Source: Azolla caroliniana (lineage: Eukaryota > Plantae > Polypodiophyta). From it: a stretch of 64,000 nt of DNA. The DNA lies in contig JBHGNT010000014.1 of assembly GCA_043228905.1 (NCBI GenBank), forward strand, positions 20,150,001-20,214,000, read 5' to 3'. The notes under the pieces are model-generated. The model ran no database searches. It was not told the DNA's origin and was given only the letters and a program-made list of their open reading frames with translations. Shown piece by piece: positions 25,570 to 39,900 of this stretch. The first letter of the stretch is position 1; each line of letters begins with the position of its first letter. A program made the position numbers and the translations under genes.

Positions 25570-25930
25570 AGAAAGCTTGAGAAACAGATGCAGGAAACTG
25601 GTCCTTTTCTTCGCGAAGAAGCTTAAAGAGGTAGACTGTCAAGATTTGTTGTTATGTGGAGAAGCTCGGCGCTGTATCTCTTCTGCTTGGTGGAGGGGAA
25701 TCAAATGCTGACAAAGAAGAAGATGATGAAGAAGAAGAAGATGATGATGGAGAAGAAGATGGAGATGGATACGAGGAGTTCAGAGCTAAGAAAGGTCTGC
25801 CATCGCCACAGCGTCGATATTAGAGAGAGCTCCTTGAATCGTCTGCAGAACAGTGACAGGGAAATCGAAGAAGAAGAAGAAGAAGAAGAAGAAGCCCTCG
25901 CTCGATCACGCAGCTTTCTGTTATATAGCC
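25570..25930 (-). promoter_or_regulatory. API5 core promoter / pyrimidine-rich 5' leader with candidate TATA box (~25921-25927)
   Basis: Minus-strand GCTATATAAC is followed ~35 nt later by (TTC)n Y-patch tracts leading to the ATG at 25567. Confidence 0.55.
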
Positions 25931-26353
25931 GAGCGAAACAATTTTCCATTTATTTACATATTTGCCCCTTCTTTTTCGAAACTCCCAAAATACCCTCCAC
26001 AAGGCCTCTTCGCATGAAACCAAGCAAAATGAAGAAGAAGAAGAAGAAGAAGAAAGAAGAAAGAAGTAGAAGAACAAGAAGACCCTCAACATGTGTCTTC
26101 TGTACCACGACGATTGATGAAGATTCTCGACACAGATTTATATAGCCGAGCGAAACAATTTTCCATTTACTTACATATTTGCCCCCTATTTTTCGAAACT
26201 CCCAAAATACCCTTCACAAGGCCTCTTCGCATGAAACCAAGCTAAATGAAGAAGAAGAAGAAGAAAGAAGAAAGAAGCAGAAGAACAAGAAGACCCTCAA
26301 CATGTGTCTTTTGTACTATGACGATTGATGAAGATTCTCGACACAGATTTATA
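25921..26353. repeat. ~218-bp tandem duplication containing (GAA)n, upstream of API5
   Basis: TATAGCCGAGCGAAACAATTTTCCATTT...ACACAGATTTATA starts at ~25924 and ~26141. Confidence 0.9.
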
Positions 26354-27736
26354 TCTTGCCATGTTACTAAAAGTATATGGATATTTATATCACAACTGTG
26401 GGGGTCATTAACTGGAAATGTTTTATCACCTTCTCAATGGGTTTTCATTGAAGGTGATAGAGTTTTACCAACCCCAGCGTATAAGTATGTGTTTGATTAT
26501 TTGAGGTACTTTGGGCATGCGGTATATTTGGAACTTGCGGAATGGTTTCTTATTTGATGGGCTTTCTAGAGTATCTCAACAAATGTGCAGGATAAGAGGA
26601 AAGATGATTTGGCAGTTTCCACAATTATGTTGTATGGGAACTTTGTCCCCATATGAGTTACATTTATGTCATTTTGTATTGCAACACCTTAGAAGGTTGC
26701 CCTTGCCACATCACTACTTTTGAAGAAGTTTTGATAGCAAGGTTTTTTTGTATTGTCATGTTGTTTTAATATAAACATACACTTACGAAAAAAAGAAAAA
26801 GAAAGTACAAGAACAAGAACAAGATGATGATGATGTGGCTCTTTCTCACCACAAACAGTGGCACGCCACGGCTACTAACCTAACGTGCTCATTCAGTGAT
26901 GACTGATTGTAGAATTATGGTTGCCTTGCCTAGACTGAAGAGGTTTCAATCGAACCCACATATCGAATTAGTATTTTACATTCAAATTATGGCCAATTCA
27001 AAGGGGGATCAGAAAGTAGAGATATATGATAGGGTTATGGGACGTTTCTGAGGTCGTGAGTTCGATACACGAATTTGGCGTGTGGGTTAGGAAAAGTGGA
27101 ACCTATTACCTAATGTTCATAGCCTCGTAATAGTTTATCACTTGAGCATATTTGTTTCATTTGGTAATTGGTCTATCCAACCACTATGTGCTCCACTGTT
27201 GTTATTAAGTCAAATCAAAGATACTAAGATATTTCATTCTTGTATCCAAATAATTTATTTTTTTAATTAAAGATACGCCTTGGTATAAACTCACAAGAAA
27301 GTTACATCCAAATAGTTAAGATATATTGTAGATCAAATAGACATTGCTTCTTTGAGTGTGCCTTCCTCCCACGATTCACGAGCTTTATCCACTAATGGGA
27401 TCATTACAAACATTGGTTCCTCATGTAAAAGGATTTTGCATGTACAAAAAAACACGAAACCACAACAACATTGATGAAAATTGATACCATTCTCCCAACA
27501 TCACTTAATGGTTTTGTTTGACATCAAATGAGTCAAATCAAGGATCAAGCTTCATTCAATTTCCTTCCATTCATCCATACATGAGATTAAACATCAACTC
27601 CCACTCAATATTCAAGGGACATTTCCAAGTTGATTGGTTTCCTATCCCACATCACTGCCGCCAAACAATGGTTGATCATTGTCACCCCATGTTGAAGATT
27701 GAGTAACTACAACTAGAGGGAAGTTCCCTAAGGAGT

Positions 27737-28015
27737 TGTTGAGAATAAAGCTCAACTTGGTCTAGTGTGTGAACTCACCTTGAGAGTGAATAGACACTCC
27801 AATGGTCAAGAGTCACCATTATGTCACCTCTTTGTATTCTAGCATCATATTCTATGACACATAACTTATGAGATTTTACATTCCCCATGCTCCATGAGTC
27901 TTGTAGTTAATGAAGAGAGAGGGTGACTATATAAAGCACCCTCCTTCCACCTTTATTGTGTTGAGTCTTTCTCCTTTGTTAATATACTTTTATCTTGCGT
28001 ATTCTCTATGTATTA

Positions 28016-28068
<53 letters not shown>

Positions 28069-31000
28069 TGATTCTTTACATGGTATTAGAGCGATTTGGT
28101 AGTTCGATCTAGCCCATTCGCCTCATCGTGATCGTGTGTTGTGCTCCACGCCGACGACCAAGAACCGGCTCATCGCTATCGTAGCTTCGCTACATAGCTC
28201 GGATTCGAAGAGAGAAGAAGAAGAAGAAGAATCGACATAATGAATACTCAAATGGGGAGTGCTCTCCCTACTGAGAAGTTGGATCGAAACAACTTCGCAT
28301 CTTGGGAGTACAAGATGCACCAATACCTTGTCAAACAAGGCTATTGGAGCTACATCAAAGGAGCGCATGAAGACCAACCCGCCGAAGCGGCTCCCGGATA
28401 CGCGACATGGGAGCAAGCCGCAAGCTACGTGATGTATTGGTTGGCGACGTGTGTTCACGATCACATGCTCGGCTACATTTGCAAACCCAAGACGCCGAAG
28501 GAAGCGTGGGAAAATCTACGAAAGATTTTCGCCGCCAACACCACCGCGAGGAAGCTTCAACTCCGCCAAGAGTTGAACAACATTCAACAAAGGGACATGT
28601 CCATCACGACATACACCTTGAAGATCAAGGAGCTTTGCAACTCGCTTGGCTCAATAAGCATAAGTATAGATGATGATGAGATGGTGCAAATATGCCTCGA
28701 CGGCCTCGCACCACGGTTCGGCGCGATGCGAGCTGCCGTTCTAGCACGGGAGAAATCTCCCTCCTTCGTCGAGCTCCAATCAATGCTATTGGTCGAAGAA
28801 AACCACGTGCGTACAAGGAGCAATGAGTCGGAAGGCCACATGCTCTACACGCACTCGAACGGAGGAAGAGGACGTGGACGATCGAGAGGCTGATTCGGCC
28901 AAGGACAAGGCGGACGAGGTCCGACCTACGATAACAACTCCCAATTTCGGCCGCAAAATGGAAGCCAACGAGGAACCTTCGCAAGAAGGGGGAGCTTCCA
29001 CTCCGGCCCGAGCCGTCAAAACGCAACCCAATGTGGATATTGCGGAAAGTTCGGCCACCACGAAGAAGAGTGCTGAAAGAAGATGCGTGAATCAGCTTCC
29101 ACAAGCTGACAACTCACGAATTACACGCATAATTCCGACTACGAAGAGTATATAGCGGAATGTACGGGCACAACTCCGACTACGAGGATCTTGGCGGAAT
29201 GTACGCATACAACTCCGACTGTGGCGGAATGTTCATGATGAAACATAGAGCAAACTCTATGTCGGCCTCTACCTCAACTAGTGCCCTCAATCCGGAGGAT
29301 GTATGGTTTGTTGACTCCGGAGCCTCAAACCATATGACATCCCATAAATAATGGTTTCTCGAACTTCGAGAGCCGGAGCGACCCGGTTATGTCGAAACCG
29401 GAGATGACACTACGCATCCGATTCGGCACATCGGCAATGTTCAAATGTCTTGCATGTTCCCACCATCACGAAGAATTTGGTCTCGGTCAACCAAATGGTT
29501 GAGCAAGGGATGCAAGTATGATTCGACCAAGAAGGGTGCTTCATTGAAAAAGAAGGCCGAATCATCGCACGCAGAAGAAGAGAGGGTCGGATGTTCATTC
29601 TCTATTTGCATGAGATGAAATCCGCCATGTTCGCGAAAAGCACGAAAGCCGACTCCGACATAGAGCTATGGCATAAGCGAAGCGGCCACATCAATCTCAA
29701 CAAACTCAAAGCAATGAAATCGAAAGGAGTCATCATCGAACTCCCGACATTCAAAGAGAAGGAGATTGAAGGTGTATGCGAAGCGTGCCAATTCAGCAAG
29801 CAACACCGACACCCATTTCCAAAGGAGCGGAACGTGAGCAAAGGTGTACTCGACGTAATTCATTCTGATGTATGGGGTCCGTCTCAAACGGCGACATTCG
29901 GCGGATGCCGATATTATGCGCTCTTCATCGACGACTTTTCTAGGCACACTTGGATCTATCCGATGCGGCAAAAGAGCGAAGTGTTCGGACACTTCCAAAA
30001 ATTCAAGAATGAAGTCGAGAAAGCCATGGGCCGACATGTACGTTGTCTTCGATCGGATGGCGGCAATGAGTACTTCTCAGATGATTTCACGGTGTATCTC
30101 CGAAAGGAAGGAATTCGGTGAGAATTCACTTGCTAACACACTCCGCGACAAAACGGGGTAGCCGAGCGCAAAAATCGGCACATCCTCGAAGTAGCACGGG
30201 CAATGATGAATGAGAAGCATATGCCCAAGTCTTATTAAGCCGAAGCTGCAAATACGGCCGTCTACCTAATGAACCGGTGCACAACATCCGACATGCACGA
30301 GGTCACTCCGCACGAAAGATTCTTCGGAAAGAAGCCGAACCTATCACATGTTCGGATATTCGGCTCCATTGCGTATGTGCACATCCCCGACAAGAAGCGT
30401 CAAAAGCTCGACCCGAAGTCGGAGAAATGTATCCTCGTAGGATACTCACTAGAGCAAAAGGGGTACAAGTGCTACAACCCCTAAACTCAAAAATCTTGAG
30501 TAAGTCGAGACGTCGTTTTTGACGAGTCTGCATCCTTGTACGCACCAGAGACAACTTCGACTCCGACTCCGCTTGACCTGGAATCCACCAAACAAGAGAT
30601 AGAGGATGAAGATCGCCTTACGCGCATGTTCGAAGAAAGTCCGATCATGACTCGACTGAGTAGACCACAAGAGCCTTTGAGCGATCAAAGCACATCACGA
30701 CCTAGCCTGAAGATGGACAAAGGCAAGTCAAAAATGGTGGAATACGCAAATGATCACTTCGACGACGATGCGTCGACTCACTCACTCGATAGTGAGTTCA
30801 ATGGCTTCGATGTACCAATTGGAGCTAAGAAAGCCCTCATCTTTGCAAATGAAAAGCTCCATCGCTCCACCCGTGAAAAGAATCCAGTAAGCTGATTCGG
30901 CCACAACGACTACATGGCATATCACTATGCCTTTATGATGAAGGTGGCGACAGTATGCGAGCCGGAAACATTCTCCGAAGCAGCCAAGGATCCGCGATGG

Positions 31001-32178
31001 ATCGAAACCATGAACGAGGAGATGCAGGCATTACGCAAGAACGAGACGTGGGATCTCGTTCCCACCTCACCACACAAAAAGGCGATCGGATGTAGATGGA
31101 TTTACAAAGTGAAGTACAACACCGACGGTTCCGTCAACCGCTACAAAGCGCGACTCGTAGCGAAAGGCTACGCCCAAACGCACGGAATTGACTACGAGGA
31201 GACCTTTGCCCCGGTGGCAAATATGACGACAGTACGGACCGTAATTGTGCTTGCCGCGGCGAAAGGGTGGAACCTCCATCAAATGGACGTCAAGAACACC
31301 TTTCTACAAGGGTTTAGGGCACCCGGTTTCAACTCGAGCACCCATCCAAAAGTTGTGTGCCAACTCAAGAAGCCACTCTACGGCTTCAAGCAAGCACCGC
31401 GTGCTTGGCATTCGAAGATAACGCAATATCTTCATCAAATCAGCTTCCGTATGTCAAAATCGGACAACTCCCTCTACATACGAAGCGATTCCGCAAGTCC
31501 GATCGTCATCATTGATATGTGAATGACCTAGTCATTGGAGGTGAGCATCTCATCGAAATCAATAAAGTCAAATCCCTCCTTTCCAATAAGTTCGAGATGA
31601 TGGACATGAAGGAACTCCACTACTTCCTCGGCATCGAGGTAATTCGGACTGTAGCCCGAATCATGATTTCTCAACAGCACTACATCCTCAACTTGTTATA
31701 CAAGTTTGGTATGGCTCAGTGCAAATCCGTGGCAACCCCGTTCGATCGTAATCTCAGACTAGATGCGAACTCCGGCACCAACGCGTGTGAGCCGACTCAG
31801 TATCGACAACTCATCGGGAGTCTCATCTACCTCACTTGGATTGCGCTAAGCGAGTTCTACGATATGTGAGCGGCACAATGGATTGCGACATCCTCTACAA
31901 GACTGCGATGCCAATACGACTTGAGGGGTACACAGACGCCGATTGGGCCGGCTACAAAGCCGATAGAAGATCAACCTCCGGATTTGTTTTCTCCCTTGGC
32001 AGTGGAGCAATATCCTGTAGTAGCAAGAAGCAGCCTACCGTCGCTCTTTTGAGTACGGAGGCGGAATACAGGGGCGCAACCGTAGCTGCATGTGAAGCTG
32101 TATGGCTCAAGAGGATTTTGAAGGATCTGGGCGTTTCCATCAAGGATCCGACTCCTCGTTACTGCGACAACATCTAAG
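27737..32178 (+). mobile_element. Degenerate Ty1/copia retrotransposon (5' LTR 27737-28080, Met-type PBS 28081-28092; 3' end deleted within RNase H)
   Basis: TGTTGAG...TTTACA then TGGTATTAGAGC. Gag (EKLDRNNFASWEYKM), CGYCGKFGH knuckle, WFVDSGASNHMT protease, integrase (LWHKR..H, CEACQ, HSDVWGP, RSDGG), RT (YKARLVAKGY, QMDVKN, KQAPRAWH) and RNase H (YTDADWAG, STEAEY, YCDN) occur in copia order with many stops and frameshifts. The LTR contains (CT)n. Confidence 0.92.
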
Positions 32179-32950
32179 TTGACCAATGGCAACCCTTAGT
32201 GCATGTGGTAAGAATACATCTAGATATCTTGGTCGCGTGATAAAACCTAACTTAGAGAAGTGCATAAAGTGCTCCTTATAGTACGACATTTTAGATGGGA
32301 TTGGCTCTAGTGGGGTGATCCATTTATACCGAGTATAAATTTGCCATATTTCTTGGCGTATTACTTTATTACGGTCCTCATGAGAGATTAAAGTATTATT
32401 AATCGTGTGGTCGTACTTAAGGGGGGGGATGTTATCAATGTCTAGACCGTTGGCAAGAAGCCAACTCACCATCATGCCATACCATGAGCTAGTATAGCCG
32501 GACTCATACAGTGCTTGAGAAGCCTAAAAGGCTTGATGGGATATTCTATCAAGTGGTTGTTTATGTATCTTGTGGATAAAGACTACAAGTTGAAAAAGTG
32601 CTTCTACTAACATAGGGGGTAGAGTGAACTCAGCCCTAAAAATTCCATGTGGTACCGACGATTTGCTTCGGAGTTGGCGTGATAACATCATCACCAATGG
32701 TCTCTCTAATTGCGTCCACATGAAAGATGGTAGTCCTGGAGCCCAAACCGCTGATGCATACATGAGAGAGGGAGTCACTAATGAGTCAAAGAGCCACCCT
32801 TTAGTTCGTGGCTCTTGGAAGTATGCTTGGTGGCATTGTCTCTCAAGGAGTGAGAGGGATGCATGTCCTCTTGTAAGTCTATCTTGTAAGTGAGAGAAGA
32901 GTGCAAGCGTAGGGTCGGTTAGGCTTGTTTGCAACTGACAGTGCTTGCTA
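32179..32950 (-). mobile_element. Non-LTR retrotransposon (LINE) ORF2 C-terminal fragment
   Basis: Translations LFDSLVTPSLMYASAVW...RSKSSVPHGIFRAEF...LDRISHQA and KMSYY...YL...LRVAIGQLR resemble the post-RT region of RTE/L2-type LINEs. It abuts the truncated copia. Confidence 0.65.
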
Positions 32951-33988
32951 GCTGAATGAACCACTAAAGTGTATCTGAACAAGATGCACACTCGCGTAAA
33001 AGAGAGACTCGTAGAAACACAGACAAGGGGAAACAAGAGATTCGATTCCAATAATAGTAAAGGTTGCAGTGCTTGCAAGATTACAACCGGATAGCCGACG
33101 ACAGACCCAACCCAGACAATCACACACCCACGCACACACGCAATGGAGCCTTTGCCGGAAAGACACGGGCTTTCCTCGAAGCAGAGGAAACCAACTTAGA
33201 AACCCTATAGAAGACAACAATGGAGGAGGAGAGAGCTCGATTCCCAGTTCGACAACACCTTGTCCTCGCCAAAACGCGATCCCAATCTCAGTCTTCCCCC
33301 TTTCCTTTTATAGGCCGTCGGGGAGGGACCGTTGCATCCTGGCGACATCACCTTTATTCTCCATCCCTTCGGACAGAGATCCACTTCGATTTACTAGCCT
33401 ATTCATAAATTCTCCCTAGGATATACACATCACACCGGCCTATCCCTAGTTATGTACAACGCGTAGGTTTCAATGCACACGCGTATTAAAGTGTCGTTTC
33501 ACGCGCCGAATTCCCTGATTCCACCTAAGGCCGGTTTTCTCCACGACATCCACCCCCACCAAACCGCGCATCCTCCGGTATTCGCCAAAGAGGGACAAGT
33601 GCTGGAAAAACCCGGCTCGTGTTCACCTGGTGCTCTCCGAAACTTCACCCGCTCCGAACTGGTTGTCATCGACGTCCTCGCTTCCCGGGTTTGGTTCGTC
33701 TTCATGCCGCTTCTTGAAAGCCTTGATCCTCTTCCCGGCTACTGGCACCGCTATCCGCGTCCCGTCGAGCTCCACAAGGTGGTAAGTACCGTTGTCGTTT
33801 GCGCTCGTTATGGTGTAGGCCCCGAACCACCTCCTTGCAAACTTCCGTGTCGCCTTGTGCTGATTGTCAAGGTTGTTGTTGTAAACCAACACCCAGTCGC
33901 CTTTCTTGATCTTCTTCGGGCGTTCGGTCAAACCGGCCCTTGTTCCTCGCCCTTGCCAAGTGCAGCTTCGCCTTAGCCCGTTCCACGT
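32950..33988 (-). mobile_element. Gypsy element E: integrase C-terminus, PPT and truncated 3' LTR (right end at 33548)
   Basis: ORF 33623..33931 (GDWVLVY...RKFARRWFGAY...NGTYHLVELDG), PPT TCCACCCCCACC on the + strand, LTR terminus ...CCACGACA. Interrupted at 33988 by element A. Confidence 0.8.
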
Positions 33989-36900
33989 TGTCGCGTTGTT
34001 ATGCGCGCACGTGCAGAAAGAGGCGGGACCACGGGGGCCTTGAACAGAGGAGCGAGAGAGAGAGAGAGAGAGAGAGAGACACGCAACACGGAGAAGGAGA
34101 GAGAAACAAACGGCACACTTAATTACAGTAACAATAGATTACAATATTCAAAGATTGCACACTCTGACGGTTACAACCGGCAAGGCGGTGATGGACCTGA
34201 CACGGGGTTCCCACTCATGCACACCGACAGAACACACACGACTCAAGAAAACAAAAAGGGGAGAGCCTCTGCCGGAAGCGCACGGGCTGTCCACGAAGCA
34301 GAGGCAACGAACTCCCGACGCTCGCGGAGAACGACGATTGGGAGAGAGAGCTTGGCCCTTAGTTCTGCAGCAGCACTTCCTCCTCACCAATGCACGATAT
34401 TTTTCTCTTCTTCCTCTCCCTCTCTTTTATAGCATAAGGAGGGAGGCTGTTATCACCCGTTACATCATATTAATTCTCTGTCCTTTCGAACAGAGATACA
34501 ATCTGATTCTCTCCCTATTGAATTCGTGCTACCTAGGATTTCACCTCAGCCGACTTGTACCTACCTACTTACTATACAACGAAAAGTGTGCTCGTGTGCA
34601 AGTGCCGATTTACACATGCTAAACTCGGTTTTCACCTAGGGACGGTTTTCTTCACGACATCCGCCCTCACCTAGCCGCGCATCCACCGGTATGCGCCAAA
34701 ATTGGGCTCCTGCTGGAGAAAACCGGTCCATGCTTTACTCCTCGTCTTCCGGTTCGTCATCTGCCTTGGACCGCCCTTCATCGTCGTCCAAGCTTCCCAG
34801 ATCCGGCTCGTACTCGTGTCGTTTCTTAAACGCTTTGACCCTCTTCCCCGCTACCGGTATTGCCATCCTTGCACCGTCGAGCTCCGCAAGATGGTAGGTC
34901 CCGTTGTCGTTGGCGCTTGTCCCTACGTAAGGCCCGAACCACCTCCGTACAAACTTCCGCGTTGCCCTGTGCTGGTTGTCGAGGCTGCTGTCATACACTA
35001 GGACCCAATCGCCTTCCTCAATCTTCTTTTGTCGCAACTGGCGCGTCCGGTCGAACCGGGTCTTGTTACGCTCCCTTGCCGCCCGCAGCTTTTCCTTCGC
35101 CCGTTTCATGTCCTCCGGCCTCCGCTCGAGTTGCCGAATCCGCGTTGCCAGCAACTCCTCCCAGCTCATCTTGTCCTTCCAATCTACCACCGCCCATGAA
35201 GAAACCGTCCGTTCCACCGACATGATCGGCTTCTGCCCGTACATCAGCTCTGCCGACATAAACCCTGTCACAGAACTGTGCGTACTTCGGTCCGCCCATA
35301 GTGCGTAAGGAAGGAGCCGCGGCCAATTCCCAACCTGCCCTCCACATGGACGCACCAACGCCTTTACGATCGTCCCGTGCCCACGTTCTACCTTTCAGTT
35401 CGCCTTCGGATTGTACGCCGTAATGAGGGAGAGTTTGACGCCTAGCCGGTTGAACAACTCCTCAGCTTCCCGCGCATCTAGCTCTCCCCGGTCCGCCACA
35501 ATCCTCCCGACGCACCCATACTGACACACTACCTCTTTGATCAGGAACCGGCATACCGCCGCGGTTGTCTTGTTCTATAGTGCACGACCTTCCACCTGGT
35601 TCGTTAAGTCTTCCCGTGCAAGCACCAGGTATCGCATCTGTCCTACTCCCATTGACATCGTCACCAAGTCCACCATCCACTTGAAATGGACCGTGGGAGG
35701 GTAGGTCGGGTGTAGCTCGTCCCGGTGTCGGATTGTGGAGTGCATCTGACAGCTTTCGCAAGTCGTTATGAACCAATGCACGTCCTGGTATAACCCCCGC
35801 CACCAATACTTCTCCTTCAGCTTCTCGAACGTGGCCCACGTTCCGCGGTGCCCAGCCCAGGGACTCTTGTGAAATGCCGCCAGTAGTTCCTCCTGTTCTT
35901 CTTTCTTTGTCACTACTCGGAGCAGGATGTCGTTTCTCTTCTTTGGGTGCCTCCATATGCACTTGTCCCGCTGGAAGAATCGGTATGCCTTCTTCCGTAC
36001 CCGGCTCACCTCTTCTCTTGTCCATGTTGTGTCCGACGTCATCGTTCGTAGGAACCTCCCGATTTGGCGCCACTCCCCGTCGTACCTGCTTTCGTCAAAA
36101 TCGTTAAGCGCCGGAGTGTCCCTTTCCCTCATCACTACGTTAGCCGACCCGAAGAAGTCCTCGCCGACTTCTTCGTCATTTGAAACCATGTTGTCTTCGT
36201 CGTTGAACCTTGCTCTCGAAAGCATGTCGGCCATGGCGTTATCCTTTCCGGAGATGTGCCGTATCTCCAGGTTTAGGGACTTAATGTATGCTATCCACCG
36301 GAGCATTGCTAGGTCCGGCGTCGCGCATCCAGAAACCATGTCGAGTATCGGCAGGCAGTTCGTCTCGACGATCACCTCCGTCCCGATCAGATAGTCCCTG
36401 TCGGCCTTGACTGCCGAAACGATACCCCAAAGCTCGCACTTAACTTGGGCGTATCCTCGCTGTCGTTCACTCAATACCTTCGCCCCGAACCAGATCGAGA
36501 ATCGTACGCCGTCCTTGTCCTCCTGACTGATTACCCACCCGATTCCAATCGGGCTGGTGTCCACCGTAACGCAAATGGGAACATCCTTGCCGTAAACTGC
36601 TTTACGAAGAGCCGGTGCTATTGTAAGCGCCTCCTTTAGTCTCCGTACCAACTCCGTGTGCTCCGTCCTCCACTCAAAGCTATGCCCCTTTTTCAATAGT
36701 CCGTAGAGGGGTTTCGCGACATGTGCGTCGTGCGGGATCCAGACGTGGTAGAACGCGCATGCTCCCAAGAATCTGCGGACCTCCGTCACCGACCCGCAAT
36801 CGTTCCTCATTGCGGAGATGACCTCTACCATTGCCGGAGACGGTTTCCTTCCGTAAGGCCCGCACAGGTGTCCGACCACCAAGATCTCTGACTGCCCGAA

Positions 36901-39900
36901 CACCGATTTTTCTCCGGAGAAGGTGAGCCGTGCGCTTTCGAGCCTCTGCAACACCTTCTCACATTCGTTGATGTGGTTTACAACGAACCTCCGGCATCCG
37001 TCTGGCCCGATAGTCTCGTCCGCGTCATCCACCGGGCACCCCTTTATCGGGATATCGTCCAAGAATGGCATGGTGATGTCCAGGATGCAGTCCCTCAGCA
37101 CCTTGTTCATTGCGTTCACCATATGCGCCACCGAATTCGTCCCGCCTTGTGGTAGGGTACACATCCGTACTAGGCTGAGAGGGGTTCGCATCATCGTGAT
37201 ATCCCTGCTCTCGACTGCTAGCTGGAACTGGTCGTACCCTGAGTATAAGTCACCGACCGAATAGATCAACCTTCCAGCGAAGGCCTCCACGAACTCGTCT
37301 ATGGTCGGTCTGATTCCTGCGTTACGGATGGTCACCTTGTTGACCGATTGCAAGTCCTGAATGAAGCGCAACATGCCGTTCTTCTTTGGCACCGTAAACC
37401 ACCGGTTCGAATACGGGGCACTCGATGGTTCGAGGATGCCCATCTCCACCTTTTGCTTTAGAAGCTCCACCAACTTCGGGATGTGAGCCCTCGGCACTAG
37501 AATCGGTTTGAGATTCCACGGTACATGCGGTACCGTGAAGATCACCATCGGTTCGACGATCGTCGGGTCCACGCACCCGATCTGCTCCGGCGAGAACACG
37601 AAGGCTTTCCCATGCCTTCCGAGCATTCTCCGAAACCTGTCCTCCTCCACCGGCAGCAGGAAGCCACCCCCACCGACCTTGAGCTCTCGTAGCATTATGT
37701 CGGTGAACCGGTGCCCTATGCCAGCCGGATTCCGTAAACTTGGGTCCGACGCGACCCCTTTTATCCGCTCCTTGCTGCCCTCCAGTAAGGGTGCCATGAC
37801 TGGCCTCACCTTCCGGTCCATAGTCTTGTACTTTGTATCCACGCGGGCCGTCCGATCTGACCCGATCCTTTCCTAGAAGTCCGCGATGACTTCGTACATT
37901 CCCATCGACCCTACCGGAACGGTCCGGCTCTTCACCGATCACCTTTCGCAACTCGCCCAAGGTGTCGTCAAAAGAGACCACCTCCACGACGCAACTGATC
38001 TCTTCGTCGGAGGAGAGGACTCCGCAGCCCCTGAGCCGCTCCTCCACTCGCTTCCTTTCCCGGGCGCTGACGTTGGCTATAGTACAACCTCCGTTTTCGG
38101 AAAACCAAAACTTCCTACTTACTGTACATGTGTGGGGTTTTTCTGGTACGTTCGGACTACCGCGGCCCCACGCCTTGATAGCCCTCTCTAAAAATCCCCT
38201 CGGCGCCGAGGGTCTCACGATTCCTCTCATGGTTCGGACGTACGATCATGAATTGGACGGAATGTCAATCGTCCTGACGCGCACGTACGCCGAACCGTTG
38301 TCTAGCACCTTCGTCTCCATGCGTGCTACTGTAATGTATGGTTCGCCGAGAATCACCAGGTGCGAGGATGTTTCCTGCACGAAGAAATGTTGATCGATCT
38401 CGACGTCACCGACCTTTACGTGTATATTCGGGCACACACCATGCAACTCCTCCGTAGCACGTGTCGCCGCGCGTATCTTCCACCCATGCTTGGTGTTGAT
38501 CGGCCATTTACCCCTCTTGTAGAAATCCATGGACATCAGGTTGATTTCGGACCCATGGTCTACCAAGGCCATCACCGGTTCCGGAATGTCGCCAATCCGC
38601 ACAGGGGTGTCCGTAGTTGCCCTGGCCCAATGCGACTTCGCGTAGTGGCTTTCCGCCAACTCGTCTTCTAGGGCCATGTCTTCTAAGTGCATAGTTCGCA
38701 CCTCCACAGGCTTCTCCGGTTCTGGCTCCGTCGAGAGCCTCTACTGCTTCACCAAGTCTACGATGGAGTCGTGGAACTCCCTCTTGGCGATTCCCAGCAC
38801 CTCCCGCAACGACAGCTCCACTTTACTGTTGAGGATCCGCTCTTCAAGGACCTTCCGTAGGTCCGTTGCTCTCTTGATTTCGGTGCTCAACCGAAACCCC
38901 GCCTACTTCTTTCCGTCTGGCGCGCCTGGGTTGCCGGCACCGGTCAGTTTCGGTCTGAACCGGGTCTCATACCTCTGCGGGGGACCCACCCCCCCGGCCT
39001 TTCCTACCCGTTTGTCTTCCACCAGAACCTCGTAGTTCTGGCAAGCGGCTTCTACGAAGCCAGTTTTCTCTTCGATCGGATCGTCCCATCCGGTGACCTC
39101 CTGGACCCGCTGTTCCGCGCGGTCCGCCTCTTCCTTCTTCAGCCGAACTCCAGAGAAGCCTTCTAGCACTAGCGGTCAGAATCCAGAGTCCTTCACCTTT
39201 CGGGACTCGTCACCCCTGATCCGAATTCCCGCTGACACTGAGTAGGTAACGACTTCTACATGCCGTGCCATGGCCTCTTCCATCAACCTCTTCATTCCGC
39301 CGCGCCCCGTATTCAATTCTAGGGCTCTCCGTGTCTCGCTCGCGTGCACCCGCCCGTTCTAGAGGTACACCACGTTGGCCCTGAGTGCGTCGGCGAAATC
39401 CGCGCAATCCTTCCGAAGGTGACCGATCGCGTCACACCACATGCACCGCTGCCCAGTCGGCGGCCTCCAGTCGCGAGGTTGTTCGCCGCTGTCTCTCCGG
39501 GCCTGTGCGAACTGCAGGTCGCGCACCATCTGTGTCAACTCCTCCAGAGCCGCTCCTCCGGATGGGCCTCTGACCACGTCATTCGATGCCGACCCCGACT
39601 TTAGCCAGAATTAGGTCTCTTCCTTCCTACCGGCCGGCATCGATACCGGCTCCTCGAGCCTCCTCCCCGAGACCGGCCTTGACCCCGACGAGCTTCTGTC
39701 GCTCCAATCGCGCCGTTTGTCGAAATGGCTGCAGACCCATTTTACCATGGCCCAGTCTGCCGTGAGCCCTTCGTCCGTTTCCAATAGGGGACCCACCTTT
39801 TCCCTGTCGAGCGTGTCCACCGACTTGACAAACAGTGCTTGAACTGTTTTTCGAACTCTTGGAGGAGCACCAATGTGTTCCTCCCCTTTCTGGGGCTTTC

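Noticed and set aside
25654-26557. Lys/Glu-rich ORFs upstream of API5
   Set aside because: Translation artefacts of (GAA)n microsatellites in the promoter/leader and its duplication.
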